This document shows, in pieces, positions 45,259 through 58,564 of a DNA stretch of 64,000 nucleotides. Source of the stretch: Eledone cirrhosa (taxonomy: Eukaryota); the NCBI GenBank assembly GCA_964016885.1, contig CAXHJY010000228.1, forward strand, positions 30,001 to 94,000, read 5' to 3'. Position 1 is the first letter of the stretch; the number at the start of each line of letters is the position of its first letter. Under the pieces are notes generated by a model. It saw only the letters and a program-made list of their open reading frames with translations. It did no database searches and had not been told where the DNA came from. The translations under genes and the position numbers were made by a program.

Positions 45259-46082
45259 ATGGGTTTAGATCGATATCCAGTGATTTCGATCGCAATGTTT
45301 ACAATTTGCTCAGCAAATTCATTTGGAGCACACACATAGGATTAATTGTAATACAACATTCCTAGCCAGAACCTAAGGTATGAAAATAGTGTAATTATTT
45401 TATCGATAGATTAATATACGAAAACGTTAAAATACTTACAATTTCATTAATTCAAGACGAAAAATTCTTCCTTATAGTTCGCTATCAGTGATAATTTCAA
45501 ATGGAAGAAATATCACGTGATTGGCGGTCAGGAGGGTAGTAAAGTGAACATTGGCCGGTAGCTTGCTGCTAGAAAAAGCAGTCCGATTCGGCCAAACTTT
45601 GAATACCAAAGGGCAGTGTATTACAAATTAATTGAAGAAATATATCTTTACACAAGTATAGATATATAATAAAGACGTCCAACCGATACTAAGTTAACAT
45701 ATGTTAAAGCAAATAAATTCCTATTTTCCTTTCTCACCGAAGTTTATGTTTTCTAATATCAACTTCGCCGAGCAAGTAAATTCGGAATTTATTTGCTTTA
45801 ACATATGTTGCTATGTCCATTATAATTGTCTACATATGCTGACTACAATATATATTGTTCAATCATATGCAATACTTGGTGCTATACTTGCGTATATGAT
45901 ATACTCCGTGATCTCTTCTGGACGTATATACCATATTCCCCTGCTTGGATATTTATGCTATACGATTCAAAGGATACCGTCAAGTCAAATTCTCTGGTAA
46001 GCAGTTGTTTTTGTTTTTTTTTATGCATTCATTCCTGATATACATAAACAAAACCTTATCTACCCTCACACACACACACACA

Positions 46083-46162
<80 letters not shown>

Positions 46163-46209
46163 TATACATGTATACATATATAAATATAACACACACACAC
46201 ATATATATA

Positions 46210-46472
46210 TAGTTTCAAAAAAAAACCCGTGTGACTAAGTCTTTAGAATATAAATTCGAAATAAGGGGGCGCACAGGACAAAGACAATGGAAAAAAACAA
46301 CGAAGACACGGACAGTCCCATCTCCTCAGCCAGCCTCTGGAAATCATTACAGTTTCGATGCAGTACACTGGAATGACCGGTATCAACCTTAATGAGCCAA
46401 AACCGCAGTGATTTCCAGAGGTTTACTGAGGAAATGGGACTGTGACTGTCCTGTGCGCCCCCTATTTCAAAT
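46210..46472 (-). mobile_element. Diverged fold-back fragment
   Basis: GGGGGCGCACAGGACA / TGTCCTGTGCGCCCCC outer arms and ACAGTCCCAT..CCTCTGGAAATCA inner arms; deletion in right arm. Confidence 0.55.
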
Positions 46473-46569
46473 ATATGTATATGAGTGTGTGTGTCTATGA
46501 ATGCGTTTGTGCATTCTGTGAATGTGTGTCTGTGTGTATACAGCGGGATATTTTGATCAACTTCCTAAT

Positions 46570-46958
46570 CATGATAATAATTGTTTCTACTTTGGGCACA
46601 AGGCCAGCAATTACCCCCAGTGTATTACTGGTACTTTATTTTATCGACCCCGTAAGGATGAAAGGCAAAGTTAACCTCGGCGGGATTTGAACTCAGAATG
46701 GCAAGGGCCGTAACTCTATGCGTCCGACTCTCTACCGATACTGCCAAAAGAGCTCCCATGATAATAATAATTGTTTCTACTTTAGGCACAAGGCCAGCAA
46801 TTACCCAGTGCATTACTGGTACTTTATTTTATCGACCCCGTAAGGATGAAAGGCAAAGTTAACCTCGGCGGGATTTGAACTCAGAATGGCAAGGGCCGTA
46901 ACTCTATGCGTCAAAGCATGGCGTCCAACTCTCTACCGATACTGCCAAAAGAGCCCCC
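46570..46958 (-). mobile_element. Tandem SINE dimer
   Basis: Near-identical units 46570-46757 and 46758-46958, each bounded by CATGATAATAAT. Confidence 0.85.
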
Positions 46959-47275
46959 ATGATAATAATAATAATGATAGTTTTATATGATAAAGCTCCC
47001 CACGAGCAGGATTCAAACTCAGAGTATTGAGGCATATTATTCTGTCTGATCAACTTTCATAGGTTCCGACAACAAGTACTCCGGTTGCTTGAACTGCCAG
47101 ATCATGAAATTAGCGAGAATTCCACGGACACGTGTAGACTTAACGTTTATGAATACTGACATAATTATAAAATATCTATACAATACATGGTTAGGGCGAT
47201 GTATATATTATTATAGCTGCGAAGCTAAAGCAGTGACTGGAGTGGCGGCAGTTTCATGTTTAAGCGCACTCATCA

Positions 47276-47358
<83 letters not shown>

Positions 47359-47622
47359 TATTTCTTTTATTTGCCACTAGGGCATCAAAAGTGGGACAAG
47401 TACAAAGGGGGGAGTTTACACAAAAAGGCGTCCTCAATAAGGAGAAGGCAATAACAAAATATAAAAATAAAATAAGATATAACAAAAAATAAAATTTTTA
47501 ACAAAATCCTCAATAGAGAGGAGGCGCCTTGGGGGGTCGCACACACCCCCGAAAAAAGTGTGCAACCCTTCTCCTCAGGAGCACAGAGAAGGGGTGCTCC
47601 CTTGGTCTTTTATCTTCCTCAC

Positions 47623-50600
47623 CTATAGTCTGATGTAGAGTGAAGGCCCATTCACACGGGCCATTCTCGCCACTTTCACCCATCTTTCATAGAAACGGCT
47701 GGGGTGCAGCACCTCTCTCTCCATCCTGATCCTTCTTCCGAAATGATATCGGAAGAAACGGACCAGTTGTTGGCCAGAGAGAAAGGTGCCTGACCTCAGT
47801 CCTTTCAGACGCGTCCACCATACAACCTCTTTCGCCATGGCTATTACGCACAGAAACACCGCCTCTGCTTCATCTTTGAAGGGGGGAGGCGGCTTGATCA
47901 TTACAATCGACTCGGTGGTCAACCGGATCGGTCCCACCCTTGACAGCAGTTGTTCGACATAGCCCCACAGATCGGCTACGCCCGAGCAGTGTACCAATGC
48001 GTGTGCAACGGTTTCCTCGTCGCACACGCATCTGGGACAGATCTTTTTGGCGGGGTCCCTTCCCGGGCGCCCGTGTCTGTAGAGCCTTTCTCGAACGGGT
48101 AAAGCCCCTCGGTAGCACTGCCAGGCCAGGGACTTCTGGAAGTTGTCCATAGGTCCCGGGCTGAATGTCCTACCGAACAGGCTGGCCAGTTCGTCCTCCT
48201 CCATGTCTAGGGCTTCTCCGAGGGCGTCGTCGCACCTGCTGCGTACCAGCCCTCTATAGAATGTTGCGGTGGAGTCTCCACTGATAACCGGATCCGCCTG
48301 CCAGAGGGCGGTGAGCGCCTGGGCACACTCAGTGTGCCAGGCGCCCAGTTTTCTCGGTCTTTGCTTGACCCAGGATTGCAGCTCGGTGAGTGAGACGAGT
48401 CTGGGAAAGGTTCGTCTCACAAACGAGGCCCACACCGGTTGTCCGGTGAGGAATACGTAGAGGTGCCGTAGCCTTAATGCGTGTTTACGCATCATTAGCC
48501 ACGGCATCCCCAGCCCTCCTTTCGAAGGGTGTTGACAGCAGATGGATCTCCTCACCATAGGAGCCCGCCTCTTCCAAAGGAATTGGAAGAGCGCGCGCTC
48601 CATCTTGGTGAGGGTTTCCCTTGGGCAGGGCACTACGGTCAGGCGGTAGTAGATGACGGACGCTATGTAGGTGTTCGCCACCTCCGCCCGACCTTTCAGG
48701 GATAGTTTGCAACTGGCCCACTTCTGGGTCAGTGCAAACACCCTGTTCGTAACCTCCGCCCAGTTTTTCTCCACCTGGAGGTCCGGTCCGAACCAGACCC
48801 CGAGCAACTTCACCGGGCCCTCCGTCCAGCGTCCGACGACGCTATCGGAGGGCATCGGTCTGCCCCTCCACGTGCCGAGTTGCAAACCGATCGACTTGTC
48901 CCGGTTCAGCTTAGCCCCTGTGAACTTTTCGTACTCCTCCAGTAAGGTGCCGACCGCCTCGATTTCGGAGGCCGTCGACACCATTACTGTCACGTCATCG
49001 GCGTAGGCCGACACCGCTTTCCGCAATCCCGGTTCCAAAGGGATGCCCTGCAACAACTCCAACTTCCGCAGTAGTGGCTCGAGAGTCAACACATACAGAA
49101 GGGAGGAGAGAGGGCACCCTTGTCGGATGGACCGCTCGATTTTGAACGGCTCCGAGAGGTAGCCGTTCACCTTGACCCTAGAGCAGATGCGGCTGCTGTG
49201 CATAGCAGTGATCCAGCCCCTGAAAACGGGTCCGAAGCCTGCCGCCGCTAGCACCGCATCCAGGTAACCATGGTCGACCCTATCGAACGCCTTAGATTGA
49301 TCCAAGTTGATCAGAGCCCCACCAAAGCCGGGTTCGTTCCCAACCCTCTCTATGATGTATCGCATGAGGTGGAGGTTGTCATGGATGGACCTGGACGGGA
49401 TAGCGCATGTCTGCGCATCTCCCACCAGGTTGCCCACGACAAGCGCCAACCTCTTTGCTAGCACCTTGGCCAAAATCTGTAACTCTGTATTTAGCAGTGT
49501 TATGGGCCTGAAGTTACTTATTTCGTCCCCCTTGTTCTCGTCCTTCCTCACTAGCGTGACTACGCCCTTGGTCACAGTACAGGGAATTCTCCCGTTCTGT
49601 TGCCAGTTGCAGTAGACCGCCTCGAGGAGATCGGGGAACAAGTCCGGCATAGCTAGATATAATTCGTAAGGAAGACCATCGAGACCCGGGGATTTGCGTT
49701 TGCCGCATTGGCTCAGCACGTCCTCTATCTCAGCGGCCGAAATCGGCTCCTCGCAGGACTTCGCCTCCCTGTCCGAGAGGCGCGGCAGGCCGTCGAGGTA
49801 TGGACCGAAGTCCACGTTCCCAACCGGCTCCCCGCCCCTCCCGAACAGTCGGGCAAAGTGCCTTTGAAAGGCCTCACACATCTGCTTAGGCTCAAGAATC
49901 GCCCGTCCATCCAGGTCTCGCAAAGACCGGATGGTGGATTTAGTTCCACTGTTGGCCTCTGTCACGAGGGCCCAGCTAACAGCTTTGGTCCCCTCGTTCC
50001 CTAGAGCACGTATTTTACTTCGGACAACGCAGCCTTCGTGCTTCGCGTCGAAAAACTGGCTCAACGCCGTTCTCGACGCTAGCACTCTGGCCACGTCGCC
50101 GCTTCTAATTGCCTCTTCTACTCTATCTATTAGCTCCCTTTCCTTCCTATTCCTATCCGCAGCTAGAACCTTACTAAATTCTATCGAGACTACTCTAATC
50201 TCTCTCTTTAGAGATACCCACCACCTGCTGTTGACGATCGCTCCAGTCAACCGTTCCTTAACTAACGTACTAATCCGATTCCTGTAGGCTCTACTTGCCG
50301 GCAAGGACAAGTTGAGCTTCCAGTAACCGGGGCCCTGTCTATGAGTTCTGTCAAGGTTGACCATGCAGGTCACTAATTTGTGGTCTGAATAGCCAACAAT
50401 GCGCATTTTTGGACAACTTAAAAAGTCCTTATCCTTAATTCTAACTAAGAACCTATCTAGGTACGACCTAGATGATCCGCTACGATTTGCCCAAGTCCAG
50501 GTTGGCGCAGTCGGAAAATCTAGTCGATATCTATCGGCCAGGTCAAATCGACCGATTAACCCTTTGAGGCTATTACACCCCTCTCTATCGGGGCAGGCCC

Positions 50601-51060
50601 CTACGTAGTCCCAGCGTGCATCTAGGATACCATTCCAGTCCCCCACTAATAGCAAGGAGCGGGACGTCCCTAGAAAAGTCTCCAGACGATGGAAGAAGTC
50701 CGGCCGCATTGACCCGAAAGGGCCGTAGGCGGCTACCAACCTAAACGCTCCGCCTTTACCACTGCCAAGGTCCAGAACCACTAGTCGACCCTCCGGGTCC
50801 AAATGTACCATCTGTGTTGCGAGACCCAGATGTTTTTGCAGCAGAACGACAACTCCACCCCCACCTCCAGGCTGACAGAGAGATGCGTGCATCTCAAAGT
50901 CATCAAAGGTGGGGGCCAGCTGTCGCACGTTGCTGATCCGGGCCTCGCAAATAACCATCACATCTATACGTTGTGACCTGAGGTCATTTAGAAGCATTGC
51001 TTGCTTCCAAGTTGAGCCCAGGCCACGCGCATTTAAACAGCCTACTCTTAGCATAGCCAT
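47623..51060 (-). CDS. Tx1 ORF2 (APE endonuclease, RT, C-terminal Zn finger)
   Basis: CLNARGL, GDWN, YLDRF, SDH, GPGYWKLN, FRPITLLN, DQSKAFDRV, RQGCPLS, YADD, CPRC..H; ATG taken at 51060. Confidence 0.95.
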   Translation of the reverse strand: MAMLRVGCLNARGLGSTWKQAMLLNDLRSQRIDVMVICEARISNVRQLAPTFDDFEMHASLCQPGGGGGVVVLLQKHLGLATQMVHLDPEGRLVVLDLGSGKGGAFRLVAAYGPFGSMRPDFFHRLETFLGTSRSLLLVGDWNGILDARWDYVGACPDREGCNSLKGLIGRFDLADRYRLDFPTAPTWTWANRSGSSRSYLDRFLVRIKDKDFLSCPKMRIVGYSDHKLVTCMVNLDRTHRQGPGYWKLNLSLPASRAYRNRISTLVKERLTGAIVNSRWWVSLKREIRVVSIEFSKVLAADRNRKERELIDRVEEAIRSGDVARVLASRTALSQFFDAKHEGCVVRSKIRALGNEGTKAVSWALVTEANSGTKSTIRSLRDLDGRAILEPKQMCEAFQRHFARLFGRGGEPVGNVDFGPYLDGLPRLSDREAKSCEEPISAAEIEDVLSQCGKRKSPGLDGLPYELYLAMPDLFPDLLEAVYCNWQQNGRIPCTVTKGVVTLVRKDENKGDEISNFRPITLLNTELQILAKVLAKRLALVVGNLVGDAQTCAIPSRSIHDNLHLMRYIIERVGNEPGFGGALINLDQSKAFDRVDHGYLDAVLAAAGFGPVFRGWITAMHSSRICSRVKVNGYLSEPFKIERSIRQGCPLSSLLYVLTLEPLLRKLELLQGIPLEPGLRKAVSAYADDVTVMVSTASEIEAVGTLLEEYEKFTGAKLNRDKSIGLQLGTWRGRPMPSDSVVGRWTEGPVKLLGVWFGPDLQVEKNWAEVTNRVFALTQKWASCKLSLKGRAEVANTYIASVIYYRLTVVPCPRETLTKMERALFQFLWKRRAPMVRRSICCQHPSKGGLGMPWLMMRKHALRLRHLYVFLTGQPVWASFVRRTFPRLVSLTELQSWVKQRPRKLGAWHTECAQALTALWQADPVISGDSTATFYRGLVRSRCDDALGEALDMEEDELASLFGRTFSPGPMDNFQKSLAWQCYRGALPVRERLYRHGRPGRDPAKKICPRCVCDEETVAHALVHCSGVADLWGYVEQLLSRVGPIRLTTESIVMIKPPPPFKDEAEAVFLCVIAMAKEVVWWTRLKGLRSGTFLSGQQLVRFFRYHFGRRIRMEREVLHPSRFYERWVKVARMARVNGPSLYIRL

Positions 51061-51084
51061 GTTGGTGGTGAAGAGAAAAGGCAC

Positions 51085-52866
51085 TTACCTCTCTGCGTCC
51101 CGGGTATCGGGCTGCACAATTTCCATTAGGGTGGGGGATGGGTTGTTGGGTGGGGTGGTGGTTTGTGGAAGTGTGGGGGCATCAGTGTGTTGTGTGGTTG
51201 GGGAGCTTGGAGTTGTGAGGGTGTTTGGGGAGGGGGTGGGATAGTTTTTTAGGAGGACTCGGTTAATGGGCCCGACGCAGGGGGGACCCACGTCCTCTTT
51301 AAAATTGTTTTTTAAAGTTTTATAGGTGTCCTGTGGGGCCTTAATCATTTTGAGGTGGGGGAAATCCCCTGCCTGGGTGAAGTTAGGCCCTTGTGTTTTT
51401 ATTAGATTGTTGTTGTACACAATGTTTAACAGTTTTTTGTTTCTTGTATTTATGTATGTGTATGCATGTTTTTGTTTTTGTGTGGTGTTTTTTGTTTGCT
51501 GTTGTGAGCTCTTTTGTGTTGGTGTCAGTGTTATGTTTTGGGGAGGGGTTTTTTTCATTTGTGTGTCTGAGGTGTGTTTTCTTTTTTTTCTTTTGATTGT
51601 GTGGAAGTGCTCCTCCTCGTCTGACGACGAACTAGGGTCATCTTCCGCGTTGGAGGGGAGGGGTATATTTTCGGGTTGTGTTTGCGGTACGGGTGTTTTG
51701 GAAATTGTTTTTGTTTTTTGAGTGGAGGGGATGGGTTGGACATTGTTTTGTTTTGGTTTGAGCTGTGGTGGTTGTTTTTGTAGTGGTTGTTGTGGTGATT
51801 GTGTTGGTTGTGCAGTTGTTGGTGGTGTAGGCAGGATTGGGGTTTTCTTATTAAGTTGGGGACAGACAGCCCTCAGGTGACCTCTGGTTCCGCAGAGGTA
51901 ACACGAGGGCCGTCTACCCTCAACGGTAATGTTGATGAAGGTTAGATCATCCAGTATGACGCGTTCAGGGATCTGGGCGATCCTTTCGGGCCTCATTTGA
52001 ACTACAAGTTCGAGGCTCGTTCCACTGAACGCGTCACCCGATGCCTTTCCCATGGACACCAGCATGTCATCCTCCAGGTCCAGAAAACCTGTCAAAACCC
52101 ACCATATGTCCATAATCGGCAGGATGGTGTGGATTTTTATTTTTTGTGTTCTTCTACCCATGTACGTAGGGTAGAAGGTGTATGCGGTGGATGTGATTGG
52201 TTTGATGGACAGTTTCACTGCTGTGTCCCTGTCCTTCATGAGAATGGATAGACTCCCGTAGAGTCTATCCTTCTGAATGAAGGTGATGTCCTTCATGACG
52301 TCTTTTAAAACCAGCTCTATCTCGCTCTGTGATGGTTGAGCTGGTTTTTTACTTTTGTTCGAGATTGTCCTAAACATGACCGTGTTTAGGAGTCTCTGGC
52401 TTTTTAGTTCCGGGGGGGAATGGATTGTGAATGAACCATTTTCCCCGTACACTATATATTTTTTCGCATCCGCCAGTAGCTCCTTCGCTTTTGTTATATC
52501 TACTGGCAGATAGTCGAGGGTTTTCCTTGTCGTCTCGGCGAAGGAGAAATTTTGTTTGTTTGTGTTGTTGTTGTCGTTGGTGGTGTTGTTGTTATCATTG
52601 TTGTTGTTGTCACCGTTATTGGTCTTGTTGTTGTTATTGTTATTGTTATTGGTGTTGTTTTCGTCCGTCGCATTGTTGTTGTTGTTGCTGTTGGTTCTTT
52701 GGGTTGTTGCCATGGTAACGTCAAGTTGTCGGTTAACAGGTGGAGAGAATTCTTCCTCTGGCTGACCTATCTTCTTGACCTCTGCTACTGTGACAGTGGC
52801 AGGGGGAAGCTGTAAGTTCATCTTCCCCTTTCCTCCTTCGAATTTTGGTGAAGAGGCTTCGGCCAT
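51085..52866 (-). CDS. Tx1 ORF1 (gag-like nucleic-acid-binding protein)
   Basis: 593 aa; CCHC knuckle CYLCGTRGHLRAVC; Asn-rich and Pro/Gln-rich segments. Confidence 0.88.
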   Translation of the reverse strand: MAEASSPKFEGGKGKMNLQLPPATVTVAEVKKIGQPEEEFSPPVNRQLDVTMATTQRTNSNNNNNATDENNTNNNNNNNNKTNNGDNNNNDNNNTTNDNNNTNKQNFSFAETTRKTLDYLPVDITKAKELLADAKKYIVYGENGSFTIHSPPELKSQRLLNTVMFRTISNKSKKPAQPSQSEIELVLKDVMKDITFIQKDRLYGSLSILMKDRDTAVKLSIKPITSTAYTFYPTYMGRRTQKIKIHTILPIMDIWWVLTGFLDLEDDMLVSMGKASGDAFSGTSLELVVQMRPERIAQIPERVILDDLTFINITVEGRRPSCYLCGTRGHLRAVCPQLNKKTPILPTPPTTAQPTQSPQQPLQKQPPQLKPKQNNVQPIPSTQKTKTISKTPVPQTQPENIPLPSNAEDDPSSSSDEEEHFHTIKRKKRKHTSDTQMKKTPPQNITLTPTQKSSQQQTKNTTQKQKHAYTYINTRNKKLLNIVYNNNLIKTQGPNFTQAGDFPHLKMIKAPQDTYKTLKNNFKEDVGPPCVGPINRVLLKNYPTPSPNTLTTPSSPTTQHTDAPTLPQTTTPPNNPSPTLMEIVQPDTRDAER

Positions 52867-53081
52867 TTAAAAAAATATTGACTTTTCAACAAGAAAAAAC
52901 TTTTTTTTTTTTTAACTATTTCGCCTAAAGGCGTAGAATATTTTGAGAGACTGACCAGATCAAAGTTTGATCTGGCAGTCCCTCTACAAAATGGTACAAA
53001 AATTAAAGTTATCAGACAAGAATTTCTATAGAAATTTAAACAGAACTTACTCAGCAAGTTATACGCGTGTGTCCATCCCAG

Positions 53082-53131
<50 letters not shown>

Positions 53132-53141
53132 GATAGATAGA

Positions 53142-53325
53142 TATGTGTATCCCGGGTTCAATCGGGGTAACCACAGTAAGTAAGGTAGTCAATACACAGC
53201 ATAATATAATTATTTAATATAGAAATGGCTTCTACAGGACTAGAACTGTTTCGTTCGAAGGAAATCAGCAGGAAAGTTTTCCTTCGAATGAAACAGTTCT
53301 AGTCCTGTAGAAGCCATTTCTATAT

Positions 53326-53327
<2 letters not shown>
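53142..53327 (-). mobile_element. Fold-back PLE-like fragment (family of 32105) with degenerate hammerhead
   Basis: Arms 53215-53264 / 53278-53327; ttc-CTGCTGA..GAAA-cag..ctg-TA-gaa on -. Confidence 0.7.
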
Positions 53328-53415
<88 letters not shown>

Positions 53416-54487
53416 ATCGACATGATCCCAGAACTCGTCAAATCGGACCGAGGAAACAATGTTTCCATTGGTCTTTCCAATTGCTAATACTATCTACCAG
53501 TCGCAAATCCAGGCTGAAGGAGCAGCGTGAAATAAATCTTGCTGAAGGACATAACGCTTGGCCCGGTCCGGGAATCAAACTCACAACCTCACGATTGAGA
53601 ATCCAAATTCTCTAACCGCTCAGCCACAACAGACTTCCGTCTACTAAATTTCACTCACAAAGCATTTGTAAAAGACACTTATGTAATGTGGCAGGCAGTG
53701 AGACAAAACCCGAAACCACATGGTTGCGAAGCGAACTCATTAACCACACACCCATGTCTGCACCTCTATATGCATTACTGTCCTATCCATTATGACATTT
53801 TTTTAACAGTTATTTTGTTAACAGTTAGCAAATGCTTCATTGGCAAGAACCCTACACTATTTTGTTTTGTGAATCCAATATTAAATGGTATTATTTCAGT
53901 AAGAGGATTATTGAAAGTACTTCTGACAGGAAGTCATACATTTAATAAATCATCCTCTATCAGAACAGCTTCGTCCGACAGAATACAATTATTGTTCGAA
54001 AAAGTGTTACTTTCATATTTGTGTTTCTGCAAAAGAGATCGATTAGCAATCTTATAGATGTTTATTGTGTGAACTTTTTCACCTCAGCTACTCTCACTGT
54101 GCCCCAGACAATAGGGTAGTACAAAATGTTTTATGGATTTTTCACATATATCTCTCCTTTTTTTAATGTTCTACAGAAATCACTATTAACTATATGTTAA
54201 ATATATTTATAAGAAATTGCTATTCTGTAAATATATTTCTGATTGTTTAACCTCATTTTCTTTTTTTCTGTAAAACATTACAATTTGAATGCTCTATTCC
54301 ACGAGAACACTAGAATTATTACATAAAGATATTAAATTTGGCACCTGATAACGAACGGAAATCGGAACTTAAAACAAACATTCATTTAACAAACGAAACG
54401 CGAGGTTAAAAGACTCAAAATTATTTCAGCATTAATAAAGGAACTATTTGAAGTGATTGAAAGACATGATTCGTAAACTCAAAACCG

Positions 54488-54793
<306 letters not shown>

Positions 54794-55959
54794 GGCAATC
54801 CAATAAATCGCAACTTTAAAAAGATTATCAAACATTTACGCTACGTCTAATATGTCCATTTTATGGACTGGGGACTGAGCACCGCGGCAACAGAGAACAT
54901 TTCAGCTAAAATTACAATTTTCTCAATGTTCTGTTCATCTTAATATAGATAAACCTCACAATCACTCAGCTCCTCTAATCAGAACTCGAGTATTTCTATA
55001 AATGCATCATCTAAGAAATATAAAGATGGTGATTTCCTACATCTTGCAGATGATGACCAGCGGGTGTAGCATGGCCAAATGGTCAAAACATTCTGGTTTC
55101 CAGTCTAATGTGAAGTTTCTTAGGCAGGTGTCATTTATCATAATTTCGGTTAGACCTGAGCCTTGTGAGTTTAACTGGGTTGACAGAAACTGTTTGGAAG
55201 CCTGTTATTCAAAGGACCAGCTTTGTCACATATAGTGTCATGCTGAACCTCCCTGCGAATTACATTAAAATTACACGTGTCTGTTAAATGCTCAGCCACT
55301 TACACGTTAATTTCATGAGCAGACTGTTCCTTTGATCGAACAAAAGGAACACTCATCGTCGAAAACAACGGAGATCCACTGCAGATGATTAAATAAACTT
55401 CTTTCAGCAATCATACGCAATCAGGCATCACTTAGTAGCATGTATCATGCTTTTGTTAAAGGTTTTAATTACAAGCAGACAAAGATGCCATTTCCATCCT
55501 TTTTTCATTGACCCACTGGAACATCCAGAGTGTGACACCTAAGAGGAGAGAGGACTGCATCAGCACTGGGTAGGTACTTGTTTTATATGCCCCCAAAAGA
55601 ATGAAAAGCAAAGTGGAGCTCGGTGGGATTAGAACTCAGCACGGAGAATCCCGGAATAAATATCTAAGGCTCCAAGGACTCTGCCAAATCGACGGCCTTG
55701 TTAAATAAATCATCAAGAATCTATGTACTTAACAGTTAGCTTGTTTCTATTAGAATCCATTCAAATCCCCGTTCCCGATCTCTTTTGCTAATTGTTACTA
55801 ATTACAATGCATGACACTAATATTTTAGCATCACTACTTTATGTAATATTAGTTAATTTTAGGATACTCTTAATGAATATGAAATCCGTTTTGCTCCATC
55901 ATGCCTATATTTTGATCTACAAGATATCCTACATATACATTTAAATAAAAATTGTAAAA

Positions 55960-57500
55960 AAAAAATTGAAATAATGAGGGGAGAAACATCGATCCTGGAT
56001 GAAATATGTATTGGGAAATCTGTCGTCAAGAAAAGGAACAAGAAAGATTAAGAAATACAATATAACTTCAAAACCTGATATTCCATCAACCAAAGAATCT
56101 TTGAAACAGAAAGTACAGCTGAAAGCACAAATAATCAGATTTGAAAAGCACGGAAGTTTGAATACTGCTTGGATTGACTATAAAAAAGCATTTGATAGTG
56201 TGTTCTCCAGTCATTAATTTTGAAAACTTAGGATGTTCTGAAAATTTCCCCAATAATATCAAACTTCTTGAAATAAATGTCTGTATCGAATACAAACCTT
56301 TCGTTGTCACTATAAATCCCAACAGCATAAATATTAACTGTGGTATTTGTCAAGGTGATTCGTTTTCTCCTGATATTTTGCATTGTATTTACACCCCTGC
56401 TTTTAGCGCTCAACAACACAAAATATGGCTACAAAATAGACAGCAAAACTATAAATCGTCTGTTTTTTATGGATGACTTGAAACTGTATACTAAAAATGT
56501 TAAGGTGTTCAGCGATGATGTATGGATAAAGTTTGGATTGGAAAAATGTGCCAAAACAACATTCAAGAAAGGCAGAATGACAAACACAAACACAATGGAA
56601 ATTAGTAATTAGGAAACTAGAACAAGCCTAGAGATATCTAGGTATCAATGAAGGCTAAGGTATCCATCACACCAGCATGAAAGAGAGAATCAGGAAGGAA
56701 TGGTACCGGAGACTACGTGCTGTCTTGAAAACTGAGCTTAACTCGAGGAATAAACTATCTGCCATAAATGCGCTTGCAATCACAGTTGTCACCTACAGTT
56801 TCAATATCATAAATTGGAACGTTAATGAAATTAAGAAAATAGACACCAAAATACATCACCCACAAGCAGATGTGGATCGCCTCTATCTCCTTAGACAGAA
56901 CGGAAGTAGAGGAATGATCCAGTTTGAGGTGTCGTGCAAAAGGTCAACCATTGAACTCGATCAGTACCTTAAAGTCTCAGATGACTGGATGATGAAAGTC
57001 GTTGCTGATTACGAAAGGAAAAAGAGGTCGCATTCAGTCGTAAAGTAAAGTACGAAGTTTGCGGAAGAATTTGGAATACATTTTGAAATGATGGCGATTC
57101 TGCAATTAAAGCCGCAAATAACATCCAAATTCTGACAAAACATGAAGATCATCGGAGACGATGCACTAAATGGGAGCAAAAACCACTGCATGGACATTAT
57201 GTCCTCCGTAGCAAAGAACCTGATATAGATTAAGCTCTCAAACATCTGTGCCAAAGTTCTGTGCCAAAGGCAGAAAGTGAGGGCTTCACTTTGTCTGCAC
57301 AAGATCAATGTCTTTCAACACGCAACTTTCAGGCCAATGTGATCTGAAATGGAAATGTCCCAAAGTGTCGATTCTGTGATGAGCATGTTAAGACCATTGA
57401 CTATCTGGTTTCAGGCTGCAAACTAATAGCTCCCCAGGAATATATAACGAGGCATGCTAGAGTGGGACAATATTTACACTGGGTATTATGCAGGTTTTAG
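55960..57500 (+). pseudogene. Decayed R4/Dong-clade LINE RT and Zn-finger region
   Basis: AWIDYKKAFDSV, GICQGDSFSP, LFFMDDLKLY, FGLEKCAK, KTELNSRNK, AQDQ, KCRFC; many stops and deletions. Confidence 0.85.
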
Positions 57501-58564
57501 AAGACATTTTCCCACTATGACGCACAGTAGAATATTGAAGCTGCAACTATGTGGTTGTGATACGAACTTCTTAACCACACAGCCAGTATATGTGTAGCGA
57601 AGTAAATCATACGACCACAGAGACTAAACTCTGGCCTCGGGAAATAGGAATAGATAAGAGATTTCTTTTGTATTGTACTTTGCACATACTACTTCTTTTG
57701 TTTTGGGGATTCATGCTGCCAAAATGCCTGAAAGAATACAATGTTCAAGGGGCAGCTCTTTAGTATCATCGACAACAGGATTCTCATAAATAGTCATCTC
57801 ACGGCTGTTCAACAATCAGGTTGATTCGGTTTGCAACAGAGACCAGAACGATGTTGCTGCAACAGATACTCACTTCGGCCTTTTCAGCTAGCAAACCAAG
57901 ACAGTTATACTCCTTTCAATTCCAACAAAAGCTAGCTCCATACATCTTTTCAGACTGCTATAGCAGCCACGCGAACTATAATTTTCATAATAATTAAAAA
58001 TTACTTGAATTTTATGTTTTAAGATCGTTTGATGTTGAAGCTCGCGAGATTTCGTTGCTGTAGTTTAGTTATATTCAAAGAGCAATGTTAAACCATTTAG
58101 TGTTAATACAACTGACATCTATTGTACGTATTTCCGTCTAAGCGTTCTACATACATAAAAAATCTCGTTTAATTTCATTATTTTGTTAATATCTATATTG
58201 TATTTTGAACTATTGTCATCATCTTATTTGAACCTACTGTTCTCTTTATATTCCTTTAACGTATCTATTTTGACCCAAATTAATTTGTTTATCAATTAAT
58301 TTTCTATATGGAAGTATATACTTGAAAACATTAATGTAGAGTTTCATTTATCAGTCACCAGTCACGTTTTCCAGTTATATTTCTTTTATTAGTTTGTCAT
58401 GATTTATATTTCTAAACTGTATTGTGTTAAGGGAAACATTACATATTGTTTGATGAAAAACTGAAAAATACCGAAATATATTACATTTCCCAAAGTCTCT
58501 GCATTTATTATTCGACGAATATTTTGATTTTTAAATAAATATTTAATACTGGCGAGATAGTAAA

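Larger units (their letters stand above)
47359..53083 (-). mobile_element. Full-length Tx1 (L1-clade) LINE inserted in (GATA)n
   Basis: Two intact ORFs, 5' UTR, AATAAA at 3' end, (GATA)n on both sides. Confidence 0.93.

Noticed and set aside
47870-52815. Short alternative-frame and antisense ORFs within Tx1
   Set aside because: Shadow ORFs of GC-rich or low-complexity coding sequence
53686-54057. 123-aa ORF
   Set aside because: Starts in a SINE-like remnant; no recognisable motif
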